DNA from: an uncultured cyanobacterium
GTDB lineage: Bacteria; Cyanobacteriota; Cyanobacteriia; Cyanobacteriales; CAWCAG01
DNA length: 64,000 nucleotides
Assembly: GCA_963793425.1 (NCBI GenBank)
Contig: CAWCAG010000005.1
Coordinates: 1,408,001 to 1,472,000 of the forward strand
Reading direction: 5' to 3'
Position 1 is the first letter of the stretch. Each line of letters opens with the position of its first letter. A program made the translations under genes and the position numbers. Positions 19,386 through 29,402 of this stretch are shown here, piece after piece. Below the pieces are notes generated by a model. It worked only from the letters and a program-made list of their open reading frames with translations. It searched no databases and had not been told where the DNA came from.

Positions 19386-19474
19386 ATTATAGCTCCACTA
19401 ATTCAATGCACCGCTGAAAGTAAAATAACTTATTTATTGGGCAGTTGCAGTTGCGAAGATAACATTATCTTGCT

Positions 19475-20016
19475 TTAATGGCTTGATTTCCTCTTCAGTC
19501 GTTTTAATTCTTGATGACAGTAAAGATGTTTGCTGTGGCAATCAATTACCTCCTTATAGTTTTAGCAGCATTGATACCATTTTTAATAATGATTGGGTCT
19601 AAAACCCGATGACAAAACCAGTCTGTTGTTGACCAATCAAAGAAATAACTTTGTTTGAAGAGTAAATCAAACTCAGCTAATAAAAATTTATAGTCGATTT
19701 TATTTAACAGAAACTTTTGAAGATAAATTGTCCCGGCAAATTTATCTTCTGCAAAGGAGCTAGAGATTAAGTCAGAACAAAGTGTTAGTTGTTCTTTAGG
19801 ATCGTAGTTGTAGAGTTTATTTTCTGAATGCCACTGCTTCACTAAAGAAGTTACCTGTGGTGTTTTTATACCTCGGTATTCAATAGCACCCTTAAGGTAA
19901 TTATCGAACCATTGTTTGGTTTTTAAATCAGAGTTCTCCTTAAGTTGTTGAATTAATAATTCAACTAACTCTTCTCGTTTTTGTTGGGATATTTTTAATG
20001 TTAACATGGCTTTCAA
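19475..20016 (-). pseudogene. AlkD-like DNA alkylation repair protein, internally deleted
   Basis: YLKGAIEYRGIKTP..EDKFAG..FDWSTTDWFC stops at 156 aa; an out-of-frame C-terminal-like tail EVIDCHSKHLYCHQELKRLKRKSSH* follows directly. Confidence 0.7.
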
Positions 20017-20072
20017 TAACGAAAAAAGAAGCTAAGATCATAAATCTCCTAAGCACCGATTTAGTATCACAA

Positions 20073-20828
20073 ATGAATAAAATAACATTTCACGAACTAG
20101 CTAAAAAAGTTTTAATAAAGATAGATAGACCCCTAACACCAAATGAAATTTGGGAATTAGCTGTTGAAGAAGGACTTGACAAACAGTTAAATAGTTCTGG
20201 AAAAACGCCTTGGGCAACGTTAGGAGCTAAACTTTATGTGGTTTCAAGAGATAATCCAGACTCTATCTTTAAAACTATTGGAGAAAGACCGAAACGATTT
20301 TATTTAAAAAACAAAAAATATGATCTAGATTTTCAAGAATATGAAAAAGGAAAAACAGAGGAAGAAACGACAATTGCTATAAAATCATATTTTGAGAAAG
20401 ATTTACACCCATTTCTAGCTTACTTTAGTTTTTATTCCCTAAACTGCTATTGCCAAACAATCAATCATACAAAATCTGCTCAGAAAAGTTTTGGACAATG
20501 GGTTCACCCTGATATGATTGGATGTGTTTTTCCTATCAATGAATGGGATAATGAAGTTCTTGAGTTAAGCTCAGCAATTGGTAATAATTCTGTAAAATTC
20601 ATTTCATTTGAAGTCAAAAAAGAATTAAACTTATCTACATTAAGAGAGAAGTTTTTTCAAACTGTCTCCAATTCATCTTGGGCAAATGAAAGCTATTTAG
20701 CTGCTACAGAAATATCTCAAAATCCTGATTTCAAAACAGAATTAGGTAGATTATCAAGTTCTTTCGGAATTGGAGTAATCAAAACATCACAAGTCATAGA
20801 ATTGCTATATATTTTTCTTTTAAACTAA
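20073..20828 (+). pseudogene. HARE-HTH plus COG2958/HrgA-like restriction-endonuclease-fold protein, probably C-terminally truncated
   Basis: GKTPWATLGA (HARE-HTH), EKDLHPFL, WVHPDMIG, SFEVKK, FFQTVSNSSWANESYL, SFGIGVI, then abrupt divergence overlapping the msrA stop. Confidence 0.75.
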
Positions 20829-21467
20829 AGCCGGACAACTAACTTTTGTCCCCCCTAACCCACAGTAACCATTGGGATTTTTAGCTAAATACTGCTGATG
20901 GTATCCTTCAGCAAAATAAAACTCCGGGGCAGTAATAATTTCTGTACTAATTTCCCCGAAACCTGCCTTAGTTAAAGCTTGCTGATAAGTCTCTTCAGAT
21001 GCTTTAGCTAACTCTTTTTGAGCATCAGAATAAGCATAAATTCCGGAACGATACTGAGTACCAACATCATTACCTTGTTGCATACCTTGGGTAGGGTTAT
21101 GACTTTCCCAAAATACCTTTAGTAATTCTTCATAGCTAATTTGTTTCGGATCATAAACCACCAGGACTACTTCATTGTGTCCTGTCATCCCGCTACAAAC
21201 CTCTTCATAGGTGGGGTTAGGAGTATATCCTCCCGCGTAACCTACAGCAGTGGTGAAAACCCCCTCTAATTGCCAAAACTTGCGTTCAGCCCCCCAAAAA
21301 CAGCCTAAACCAAACACCGCCTTTGCCATTCCTTCTGGGTAAGGTGGCTTAAGGGGATTACCATTAACATAATGAGAAGCAGGCACTTGTAGAGGCTTAT
21401 CTCTTCCTGGTAAAGCTTGCTCAGGTTTAGGTAGGTTGAGCTTTTTACCGAATCCGAATAATACCAT
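20820..21467 (-). CDS. msrA: Peptide methionine sulfoxide reductase A
   Basis: [30 protein letters not shown]. Confidence 0.97.
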   Translation of the reverse strand: MVLFGFGKKLNLPKPEQALPGRDKPLQVPASHYVNGNPLKPPYPEGMAKAVFGLGCFWGAERKFWQLEGVFTTAVGYAGGYTPNPTYEEVCSGMTGHNEVVLVVYDPKQISYEELLKVFWESHNPTQGMQQGNDVGTQYRSGIYAYSDAQKELAKASEETYQQALTKAGFGEISTEIITAPEFYFAEGYHQQYLAKNPNGYCGLGGTKVSCPALV

Positions 21468-21570
21468 GGTTGTAAGTAGTAACTTAATTTATTAATATCT
21501 TCACTTTACTTAATGTTACCTAAACTGAGCAATTAGCAATTACCATAATTACTAATTAAGAGAAGAACAG

Positions 21571-22677
21571 ATGAAACGCAGACAACTTTTTAGTCATGTA
21601 ACCGTTGGTGTTACTAGTGCCGCTATCTTAGAAGCTTGCAAACAAGGAGACACTAATAACAGCACTGCCCAAACGGGAGATTTACCCACTATAGAATGGA
21701 ATATGGTCACTAGTTGGCCAGAATCTTTGGATACTATCTATGGCGGGGCAAAAACAGTCTGCGATCGCGTTGAGGCAATGACAGGGGGACGCTTCAAAAT
21801 CACTCCCTATGCTGCCGGGGAAATTGTACCAGGGTTGGAAGTTTTGGATGCAGTACAATCTGGCACAGCCCAATGTGGTCATACAGCCAGTTATTATTAT
21901 GTGGGTAAAAACCCAGCCCTGGGCTTCGCTACTTCCATGCCCTTTGGCTTAACGGCACAACAACAAAATGCTTGGCTTTACTACGGCGGGGGTTTAGAAG
22001 CCATGCACAAAATTTATGCCGAGTTTAATATTATTAATTTCCCGGCAGGTAATACGGGTACGCAAATGGGAGGCTGGTTCAAAAAAGAAATTAAGTCTCT
22101 CAAAGACCTCAAGGGCTTAAAAATGCGTATTCCTGGCTTGGGGGGTAAAGTAATGGAACGTTTGGGGGTTAATCCCCAAGTTTTACCAGGAGGAGAAATT
22201 TTCCTCGCTTTGGAAAGGGGGGCTATAGATGCAGCAGAATGGGTTGGCCCTTATGATGATTTGAAATTAGGACTCAACGAAGCTGCACCATTTTATTATT
22301 ATCCCGGTTGGTGGGAACCTGGTGCAACCCTAGATTTGCAAGTTAGCCTTAGTGAATGGGAGAAGTTACCGGAAGAATATCAAGAAGTACTAAAATCTGC
22401 GGCGACCGAAGCTAACTTAAATATGCTTTCTCAATATGAAGCTTTGAACCGGGAATCTTTAGCAACTTTGAAAGCAAATGGGACTAAGTTTAAGGCTTAT
22501 CCTAAAGCTGTGCTTCAGGCAGCGCAAAAGGCGGCTTTTGAAATTTATGAAGAGAATGCTAGCCAGGATAATACTTTTAAAGAAGTGTATGAACAATGGA
22601 GCAAGTTTAGGGAAGAAATTATGGCTTGGGATGGGATTAATGAGCAGAGTTTTACTAGTTTTGTAGGAAAGAATTAA
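21571..22677 (+). CDS. TRAP transporter substrate-binding protein (DctP/TakP-like) with Tat-like signal
   Basis: MKRRQL signal, TSWP, GNTGTQMGGWF, GLKMRIPG, IDAAEWVGP, YYYPGWWEPG. Confidence 0.92.
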   Translation: MKRRQLFSHVTVGVTSAAILEACKQGDTNNSTAQTGDLPTIEWNMVTSWPESLDTIYGGAKTVCDRVEAMTGGRFKITPYAAGEIVPGLEVLDAVQSGTAQCGHTASYYYVGKNPALGFATSMPFGLTAQQQNAWLYYGGGLEAMHKIYAEFNIINFPAGNTGTQMGGWFKKEIKSLKDLKGLKMRIPGLGGKVMERLGVNPQVLPGGEIFLALERGAIDAAEWVGPYDDLKLGLNEAAPFYYYPGWWEPGATLDLQVSLSEWEKLPEEYQEVLKSAATEANLNMLSQYEALNRESLATLKANGTKFKAYPKAVLQAAQKAAFEIYEENASQDNTFKEVYEQWSKFREEIMAWDGINEQSFTSFVGKN

Positions 22678-22701
22678 TAAGTGACTCAGCTAAAATTGTG
22701 T

Positions 22702-22809
22702 GTAAGGGCGGGTTTATTTAAAAAAAATGTTAATCTCACAATTTGACTCAAAACCCGCCCCTACTATTGCAAAATTCCGTAGGGTGTGTTAGCAAAGCGT
22801 AACGCACCT
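22702..22809. repeat. Two GTAG-type REP-like palindromes between convergent genes
   Basis: GTAAGGGCGGGTTT...AAACCCGCCCCTAC (22702-22764) and GTAGGGTGTGTTA..TAACGCACC (22779-22809). Confidence 0.75.
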
Positions 22810-22956
22810 TTGACTCTAGTGGTATAGCCGAAAGATAAATAATTAGGGCGATCGCACTGGGATTTTTGGCATTAACCAAATTTCTTCCCGATGTCTTTAC
22901 TGTTCCCTGCTCCCCTACCCTAGCAAGACAATTTTAATACCTAGACAGCTTACCTA

Positions 22957-24957
22957 TTACCTATGTCCAACTAACTTATCTCGCAAATTCTTAATGCGAT
23001 CGCGAAACTCAGCCGCTTTTTCAAACTCTAAATTCTTGGCGGCTGCTTTCATTTGGTCTTCCAATTGTTCAATCAATTCCGGCACTTTTTCTAAAGGTAT
23101 ATCTTCAGTCTTTTGCGTAATAACTTCTAACTCCTGGGCATTAAGTTTCCGGGAAATATCTAAATAAGCCAAAATAGAATTACTATACTGTTTAATAATT
23201 GGTTGAGGGGTAATATTATGGGTACGATTGTAAGCTGTTTGAATATTCCTACGTCGTTCCGTTTCCTCAATCGCTTTAGCCATACTATCAGTGAGATTAT
23301 CAGCATATAAAATTGCTTGTCCCCGAACATGACGGGCTGCCCTACCAATAGTTTGAATTAATGAACGGGCTGCCCGTAAAAAGCCTTCTTTATCTGCATC
23401 TAAAATAGCCACCAGAGAAACTTCTGGCAAATCCAAACCTTCCCGCAATAAGTTAACCCCAATTAACACATCAAACGCACCTTCTCGCAAAGCTTGAATA
23501 ATTTCAATCCTTTGAATAGATTGAATTTCGGAGTGGAGATACTGCACTTTTATCTCTCTTTCTTGCAAATACTCTGTTAAATCCTCCGCCATTCTTTTCG
23601 TCAAAGTCGTAATTAAAACTCTTTCATTTAAGGCTACCCGTTCTTTAATTTCTCCTAACAAATCATCAATTTGTCCTTCTGTCGGTCGAACAAAAATTTC
23701 AGGATCAATAACCCCTGTGGGGCGAATAATTTGTTCAACAACATTGTCTTCAGATTGTTCGATTTCCCAATTTCCCGGAGTAGCAGAAACAAAAATACAT
23801 TGGTTAGCTTTCTGCCAAAACTCTTCTGCTTTTAAAGGGCGATTATCCGCCGCACTAGGCAAACGAAAACCATGATCAATTAAAACTTTTTTCCTCGCTT
23901 GGTCGCCATTATACATCCCACGAATTTGCGGCACAGTAACATGGGATTCATCCACCACCAATAACCAATCTTCAGGGAAATAATCAATTAAACATTCTGG
24001 GGGTTCCCCCGCTTGTCTCCCGGCTAAATGGCGAGAATAATTTTCTACCCCATTGGAATAACCAACTTCGCGCAACATCTCTAAATCATAGCGGGTACGC
24101 TGTTCTAAACGCTGTGCCTCTAAAAGCTTGCCTGCTGTTTCGAGGTGAGTTAATTGTTGGTTTAATTCCGCTTCAATCTCTGAACAAGCTTGTTCTAACC
24201 TTTCTTCTGGGGTAACAAAGTGACGGGCAGGGTAAATATTCACTCCCTCCAAACTCTGAATAATTTCCCCGGTTACAGGATTAATATAACGAATCGCCTC
24301 AATTTCATCCCCAAAAAATTCTACCCGAATAATCCGATCTTCATAAGCGGGGCCGATTTCCAACACATCCCCTTTAATGCGAAACCGTCCCCGACCAATT
24401 TCAACATCATTACGGCTGTACTGTACCGAAGCTAAATCCCGCAATAACTTACGCGGGTCTACTTCTTCCCCCATACGCAAAGGAATAGCGGCCTTTAAAT
24501 ATTCCGAAGGTATACCCAAACCATAAATGCAACTAATCGAAGCTACCACAATCACATCCTTCCTCTCAAACAGCGATCGCGTGGCAGAGTGACGCAACAT
24601 ATCAATTTCTTCATTGATAGAAGCTGTCTTTTCAATATAGGTATCGCTGACAGGAATATAAGCTTCTGGTTGATAGTAATCGTAATAACTAATAAAATAT
24701 TCGACAGCATTTTCCGGGAAGAATTGCCGCAACTCATTACATAATTGCGCTGCCAAAGTTTTATTATGAGCCAATACTAAAGTTGGTTTGCCAGTATTAG
24801 CAATCACCTTGGCAATAGTAAAAGTTTTCCCTGTCCCCGTCGCTCCCAAGAGGGTTTGTAGGCGGTTTCCCCCTAAAATAGATTCTGTAAGCTGGGTAAT
24901 AGCTTGAGGCTGATCTCCAGTGGCTTGAAAAGGTGCTTGAATTTTGAATTCGTTCAT
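22957..24957 (-). CDS. uvrB: Excinuclease ABC subunit B
   Basis: [37 protein letters not shown]-terminal UVR domain. Confidence 0.98.
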   Translation of the reverse strand: MNEFKIQAPFQATGDQPQAITQLTESILGGNRLQTLLGATGTGKTFTIAKVIANTGKPTLVLAHNKTLAAQLCNELRQFFPENAVEYFISYYDYYQPEAYIPVSDTYIEKTASINEEIDMLRHSATRSLFERKDVIVVASISCIYGLGIPSEYLKAAIPLRMGEEVDPRKLLRDLASVQYSRNDVEIGRGRFRIKGDVLEIGPAYEDRIIRVEFFGDEIEAIRYINPVTGEIIQSLEGVNIYPARHFVTPEERLEQACSEIEAELNQQLTHLETAGKLLEAQRLEQRTRYDLEMLREVGYSNGVENYSRHLAGRQAGEPPECLIDYFPEDWLLVVDESHVTVPQIRGMYNGDQARKKVLIDHGFRLPSAADNRPLKAEEFWQKANQCIFVSATPGNWEIEQSEDNVVEQIIRPTGVIDPEIFVRPTEGQIDDLLGEIKERVALNERVLITTLTKRMAEDLTEYLQEREIKVQYLHSEIQSIQRIEIIQALREGAFDVLIGVNLLREGLDLPEVSLVAILDADKEGFLRAARSLIQTIGRAARHVRGQAILYADNLTDSMAKAIEETERRRNIQTAYNRTHNITPQPIIKQYSNSILAYLDISRKLNAQELEVITQKTEDIPLEKVPELIEQLEDQMKAAAKNLEFEKAAEFRDRIKNLRDKLVGHR

Positions 24958-25080
24958 ACTGGTTTTTGCTAATAGCTAGTGGCTAATTGCTAGTTGAAGC
25001 GTGGAAACATGGAAATAGACCAAATGTAGCTCATGAGTCCGAGAAAGGCTATATCATTTTATAACGAAATGCAAAAAAGT

Positions 25081-25094
25081 AGTACTAATTTACT
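25081..25094. promoter_or_regulatory. Possible cyanobacterial LexA box upstream of uvrB
   Basis: AGTACTAATTTACT, one mismatch to RGTACNNNDGTWCB. Confidence 0.35.
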
Positions 25095-25172
25095 GAAAAA
25101 CTAGTTGGTAAACTGTAAGAAAAGATTAGTCCAAAAGCGATAAGCTAGTTGCTAATTGCTATTTTTATTTCT

Positions 25173-26411
25173 ATGTTGCCAGTTAAAGAAGCCGAAGCCA
25201 TTGTTTTAGAATTATCTCAACCCCTTGATCCTCAACAGGATTTTGAGATTGTTGGTTTAGAAGAAGCCAGGGGGCGTATTTTGGCGGAGCCTGTTACCAG
25301 TAAGCTGGATTTTCCTCATTGGGATAACTCAGCGATGGATGGTTATGGGGTAAGGTTTGCTGATGTGCAGAATTGTGGCCCAGAGAAGCCAGTCAGCTTA
25401 GAAATTGTAGAAGAGATTCCCGCAGGTTATCAACCCCAAGTACAAGTACAACCAGGACAGGCAGCGCGGATCTTTACTGGTGCGGTGATGCCAGAAGGGG
25501 CAGATACCGTTGTTATGCAGGAAAATACTCAGAGTGAGGGTAATGTAGTCCAAATTTTAACACCTCCCCAATCAGGAGAATTTGTTCGCCGTCGCGGAGA
25601 TTTTTATCAAGCAGAAAAACCCTTATTAAATAGAGGAACTCTCCTCAATGCCCCAGAAATTGCTGTCTTAGCAGCAGCACAATGCAACCAGTTTAAAGTT
25701 TATCGACGTTTGCGGGTTGCTATCTTCGCCACAGGGGATGAATTGATTAGTCCCGTAGAAAACTTGCAACCAGGACAAATTGTTGATTCTAACCAATATG
25801 CTTTAACTGCATTTGTTGCTAAAAATGGCTGCACTCCTGTACCCATGGGTATTGTTAAGGACAAACCAGAATTATTAAAAGAGGCCATCGCTTTTGCCAT
25901 TGCTAGTGCTGATGTGGTGCTTTCTACAGGGGGTGTTTCTGTCGGGGATTATGATTTAGTTGACCAAATTTTGCAGGAGTTGGGGGGCAAAATCCATCTG
26001 CGTAAGGTCAGAATTAAACCAGGGAAACCCTTGACAGTGGCCACATTTAATGCAGAAAAGCCGGGGAAATCAGCTTTGTATTTCGGTATTCCGGGCAACC
26101 CGGTTTCCGCTTTAGTAAGTTGTTGGCGTTTTGTACAACCAGCTTTGCGAAAAATGTCTGGGTTGAAAGATTGGCAACCGACTTTTATTAAAGCCCGTAC
26201 CCAAAATAAATTACGTGCCGGTGGTCAAAGAGAAACTTATCTTTGGGGAACAATGAAAGTGGTTAATGGTGCTTGGGAATTTTCCTTAGCCCCAGGAACT
26301 CATAATTCTGCGAATTTAGTTAACCTGGCTGGTACGACAGCCCTTGCTGTTGTACCTGTAGGCAGAAAAACCGTTGAAGTTGGGGAAGAAGTAGAAGTGA
26401 TGTTGACTTGA
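25173..26411 (+). CDS. moeA: Molybdopterin molybdenumtransferase MoeA
   Basis: DNSAMDGY, RIFTGAVMPEGADTVVMQE, TGDEL, STGGVSVGDYD, KPGKP, PGNPVS. Confidence 0.96.
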   Translation: MLPVKEAEAIVLELSQPLDPQQDFEIVGLEEARGRILAEPVTSKLDFPHWDNSAMDGYGVRFADVQNCGPEKPVSLEIVEEIPAGYQPQVQVQPGQAARIFTGAVMPEGADTVVMQENTQSEGNVVQILTPPQSGEFVRRRGDFYQAEKPLLNRGTLLNAPEIAVLAAAQCNQFKVYRRLRVAIFATGDELISPVENLQPGQIVDSNQYALTAFVAKNGCTPVPMGIVKDKPELLKEAIAFAIASADVVLSTGGVSVGDYDLVDQILQELGGKIHLRKVRIKPGKPLTVATFNAEKPGKSALYFGIPGNPVSALVSCWRFVQPALRKMSGLKDWQPTFIKARTQNKLRAGGQRETYLWGTMKVVNGAWEFSLAPGTHNSANLVNLAGTTALAVVPVGRKTVEVGEEVEVMLT

Positions 26412-26412
26412 T

Positions 26413-27357
26413 TTAAGACCCAACTTGTATACCAAAGCCAGATAACTTAGTTAACCAAAAATTGAGGTTAGGATCGGGAATCTCTTTTTGCACTTCTTCT
26501 CGGACTCGCCAAGCTTCCTTTTCAGTTTCGCATAAAGCAAACACTGTAGGGCCAGAGCCAGACATCATTGTTCCCAAAACTCCTGCTTTTTGAAAACCTT
26601 GCTTGAGTTTTTGAATTTGAGGATACTCTGGTAAAGCAACTTTTTCTAAATCATTGTGCAACAATTGGCCAATTTGTTTCTGGTCACCATTAACAATTGC
26701 TTGGACTAAAGAACCAGAATGAATATCACTTGTCCGGGATCTAATCGCTTCAGAATCATTGAGGTAGGTACTGCCAAATTGCTGGCGATAATTATTATAA
26801 GCCCAAGGAGTAGCAATGCTTAGGTTACGGTGTTTTGCTAAAATAGCCCAAACAGAATCAAAACTTTTCAGATAATCTAACTGTTCCCCTCTACCTGTCG
26901 CGATCGCAGTTCCTCCAGAGATGCAGAAAGGAATATCAGAACCAATTTTCGCCCCTAAGACTTGTAATTCTGGTTGGGTTAAGCCTAAATGCCACATGAG
27001 GTCTATTCCCACCAAAACTGCTGCGGCATTGCTAGAGCCTCCTGCTAGCCCGGCTGCAATGGGGATACGTTTTTCGATGGTAATTTCTAAACCACCATAT
27101 TGAGCAAAGGCATTGGGAAATTCTTCGCTCATCAACCTGGCTGCTTTGTAAGCTAAATTGGTTTCATCCACAGGAACGTGGGGATTATCGCAGTGAATAT
27201 GAATTGCTTGGGTACTACTAGACCTCAACTCCACTTTATCAGCCAGTTCAATGGTTTGTAAAACCATAGCTAATTCATGATAACCATCACTGCGATCACC
27301 GATGATTTCTAAGTAGAGATTGATTTTAGCAGGGGCAATTAAGGAATAGGAACGCAT
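26413..27357 (-). CDS. ispE: 4-diphosphocytidyl-2-C-methyl-D-erythritol kinase
   Basis: APAKINLYL, IPIAAGLAGGSSNAA, MSGSGPTVF. Confidence 0.97.
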   Translation of the reverse strand: MRSYSLIAPAKINLYLEIIGDRSDGYHELAMVLQTIELADKVELRSSSTQAIHIHCDNPHVPVDETNLAYKAARLMSEEFPNAFAQYGGLEITIEKRIPIAAGLAGGSSNAAAVLVGIDLMWHLGLTQPELQVLGAKIGSDIPFCISGGTAIATGRGEQLDYLKSFDSVWAILAKHRNLSIATPWAYNNYRQQFGSTYLNDSEAIRSRTSDIHSGSLVQAIVNGDQKQIGQLLHNDLEKVALPEYPQIQKLKQGFQKAGVLGTMMSGSGPTVFALCETEKEAWRVREEVQKEIPDPNLNFWLTKLSGFGIQVGS

Positions 27358-27398
27358 CTTAGTTCATTTATCATTGATCATTTATCATTAAACATTTA

Positions 27399-28241
27399 TT
27401 ATTCCAAATTCCTCTTCTCTTCTACTTCTACTTCTAATTTGTCAGTTAAATTAATCCAGTCTTCTACACTCAAATCTTCAGCGCGGGCTTGGGGATTCAC
27501 GGCTAATTCTGCTAATACTTGGCTGAGGCGATCGCTTTCAATCACAGCTTTTAAATTATTTCGTAACATTTTGCGCTTACTAGAAAAGCCCATTTTCAAC
27601 AATGTTCCCATATAACGGGGATTATTAACGGCTTTTTCTCTAGGTTGGGGGCAAAGTCTCACCACCGCAGACTCTACTTTAGGAGGGGGGTAAAAAGCTT
27701 TGGCAGGAACGGTACAAATTAATTCACAGGTAGCCAGATATTGTACTCGTACTGAAAGTAAGCCAAAATTACGGGAACCGCGATTAGCACAGAGGCGTAG
27801 GGCAATTTCCCTTTGTACTAGCAAAACAATCGCTTCAAACTGTTCCGGTGCTGGTTCTGATATCGTTCCCAATAACTTTGTCAAAATTGGCCCGGTAATA
27901 TTGTAAGGAATATTGGCAACAACTTTGTTGGGGTTTTGAAATTGGGGAAAAGGGGCTAAGTTAGCCGCTAGATCAAAGGAAAGTATATCTCCTTGTAGAA
28001 GTAGAAAATTCTCCTTTTCTCCAAAATTTTTAACCAATTTTTGACACAAATCCCGGTCAATTTCCACCCCTACCACAGCTTCAACTTCTGGTAAAAGGCG
28101 GCGAGTCAGAATCCCCGTACCTGGACCGATTTCTAGGAGGCGATCCCCTTTATTTAACTGGGCAGCGACCACAATTTTGTTTAGGGCTTTCTCGCTACGC
28201 AGCCAATGTTGAGCATAGCGTTTTCGGGGTCGAGTAGCCAT
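27399..28241 (-). CDS. rsmA: 16S rRNA dimethyladenosine transferase KsgA/RsmA
   Basis: QHWL, LEIGPGTG, VANIPYNIT, PPPKVESAV, RKMLRN. Confidence 0.97.
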   Translation of the reverse strand: MATRPRKRYAQHWLRSEKALNKIVVAAQLNKGDRLLEIGPGTGILTRRLLPEVEAVVGVEIDRDLCQKLVKNFGEKENFLLLQGDILSFDLAANLAPFPQFQNPNKVVANIPYNITGPILTKLLGTISEPAPEQFEAIVLLVQREIALRLCANRGSRNFGLLSVRVQYLATCELICTVPAKAFYPPPKVESAVVRLCPQPREKAVNNPRYMGTLLKMGFSSKRKMLRNNLKAVIESDRLSQVLAELAVNPQARAEDLSVEDWINLTDKLEVEVEEKRNLE

Positions 28242-28387
28242 AAATTTAAGTTCACATTATTTGCCCAATTAAGCATACTAGAGTAACTACCCCTGCACCA
28301 AGCATTAATCCGGCGGGCATAAATTTACGGGTTTTCTTGAGTCGCAGGGCAAAAACTATGCAAATTTTCCAGTTAAAGAGATTGCTT

Positions 28388-28780
28388 TCAGGCAATTCGA
28401 TTGAGCAGTTGACGGCGTTTTTGCTCAAATTCGTATTCTGACATTAAACCTTCTTGACGCAACTGATCTAATTGTCTGAGAGAATCGGCGATCGCCTTAA
28501 CTTGATTCGTTTCTCTTGGGGGTGATTGACTATATTGTACTGGTTCTTTTTGATTGAAACGACGTTCAAAATCTTCTTGATCTTGAATAAAATACCAAAC
28601 TATCTCAATAGCGCAGGCAATGTGGGGGATGGGAGTTGACAAAAGCAGGAAATAAGCAATTCCCCATAAAGGTTGTCCCAAGTAAAACTTATGCAACCCG
28701 GCTAAGGGAGTGATAGTTCCTAGTAAAGCTAAGAACCCAGCTACCTTACGACTTTTTGGTTTGCCAAGCAAGTTGTCCAT
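28388..28780 (-). CDS. TM2/NINE-domain membrane protein with SHOCT-like tail
   Basis: KSRKVAGFLA..GLHKFYLGQ; LRQLDQLRQEGLMSEYEFEQKRRQLL. Confidence 0.85.
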   Translation of the reverse strand: MDNLLGKPKSRKVAGFLALLGTITPLAGLHKFYLGQPLWGIAYFLLLSTPIPHIACAIEIVWYFIQDQEDFERRFNQKEPVQYSQSPPRETNQVKAIADSLRQLDQLRQEGLMSEYEFEQKRRQLLNRIA

Positions 28781-29070
28781 TATGCCATCTCAACTAACAC
28801 CAAATCCGGTTACTAAAGTTTTCCAACCCTGCTCCCTACTCCCTACTCCCTGCTCCCTACCCTCACAAATTCTGCTAGCAAACACCAAGCTAGTATAACT
28901 TTGCTTTCCCTCCATGATATTGATTTATTCATAATTCATGGAGAAAAGAAAATTCCCCTATACGGGAATCTCTATTTTACGGTTAATTTCTACTACTTTA
29001 AAATGATAGATAAGCGCTCCAACATCATGGTTGGTTAAATATCTATCTATAAAATAAAAACTCAAAAACA

Positions 29071-29394
29071 ATGGGATTTTTTGATTCAGAAGTCGTCCAA
29101 CAAGAAGCCAAACAACTATTTCAGGATTATCAGTCTTTGATGGCCCTGGGGGGAGATTACGGTAAATTCGACCGTGAAGGAAAAAAGCTTTATATCGAAA
29201 AGATGGAAAACATGATGGAGCGCTATCGTATTTTCATGAAGCGCTTTGAACTTTCTGATGATTTCATGGCCCAAATGACCATGCAACAACTTAATACCCA
29301 GCTTAATCAGTTTGGGATCACGCCCCAGCAAATGTTTGAGCAAATGAACGTGACCCTAGAGCGCATGAAATCTGAGTTAGAAAAGCAAAAGTAA
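29071..29394 (+). CDS. DUF1825 family conserved cyanobacterial protein
   Basis: MGFFDSEVVQQEAKQLF...YGKFDREGKK...FMKRFELSDDFMAQ. Confidence 0.85.
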   Translation: MGFFDSEVVQQEAKQLFQDYQSLMALGGDYGKFDREGKKLYIEKMENMMERYRIFMKRFELSDDFMAQMTMQQLNTQLNQFGITPQQMFEQMNVTLERMKSELEKQK

Positions 29395-29402
29395 CCTCTA
29401 AC

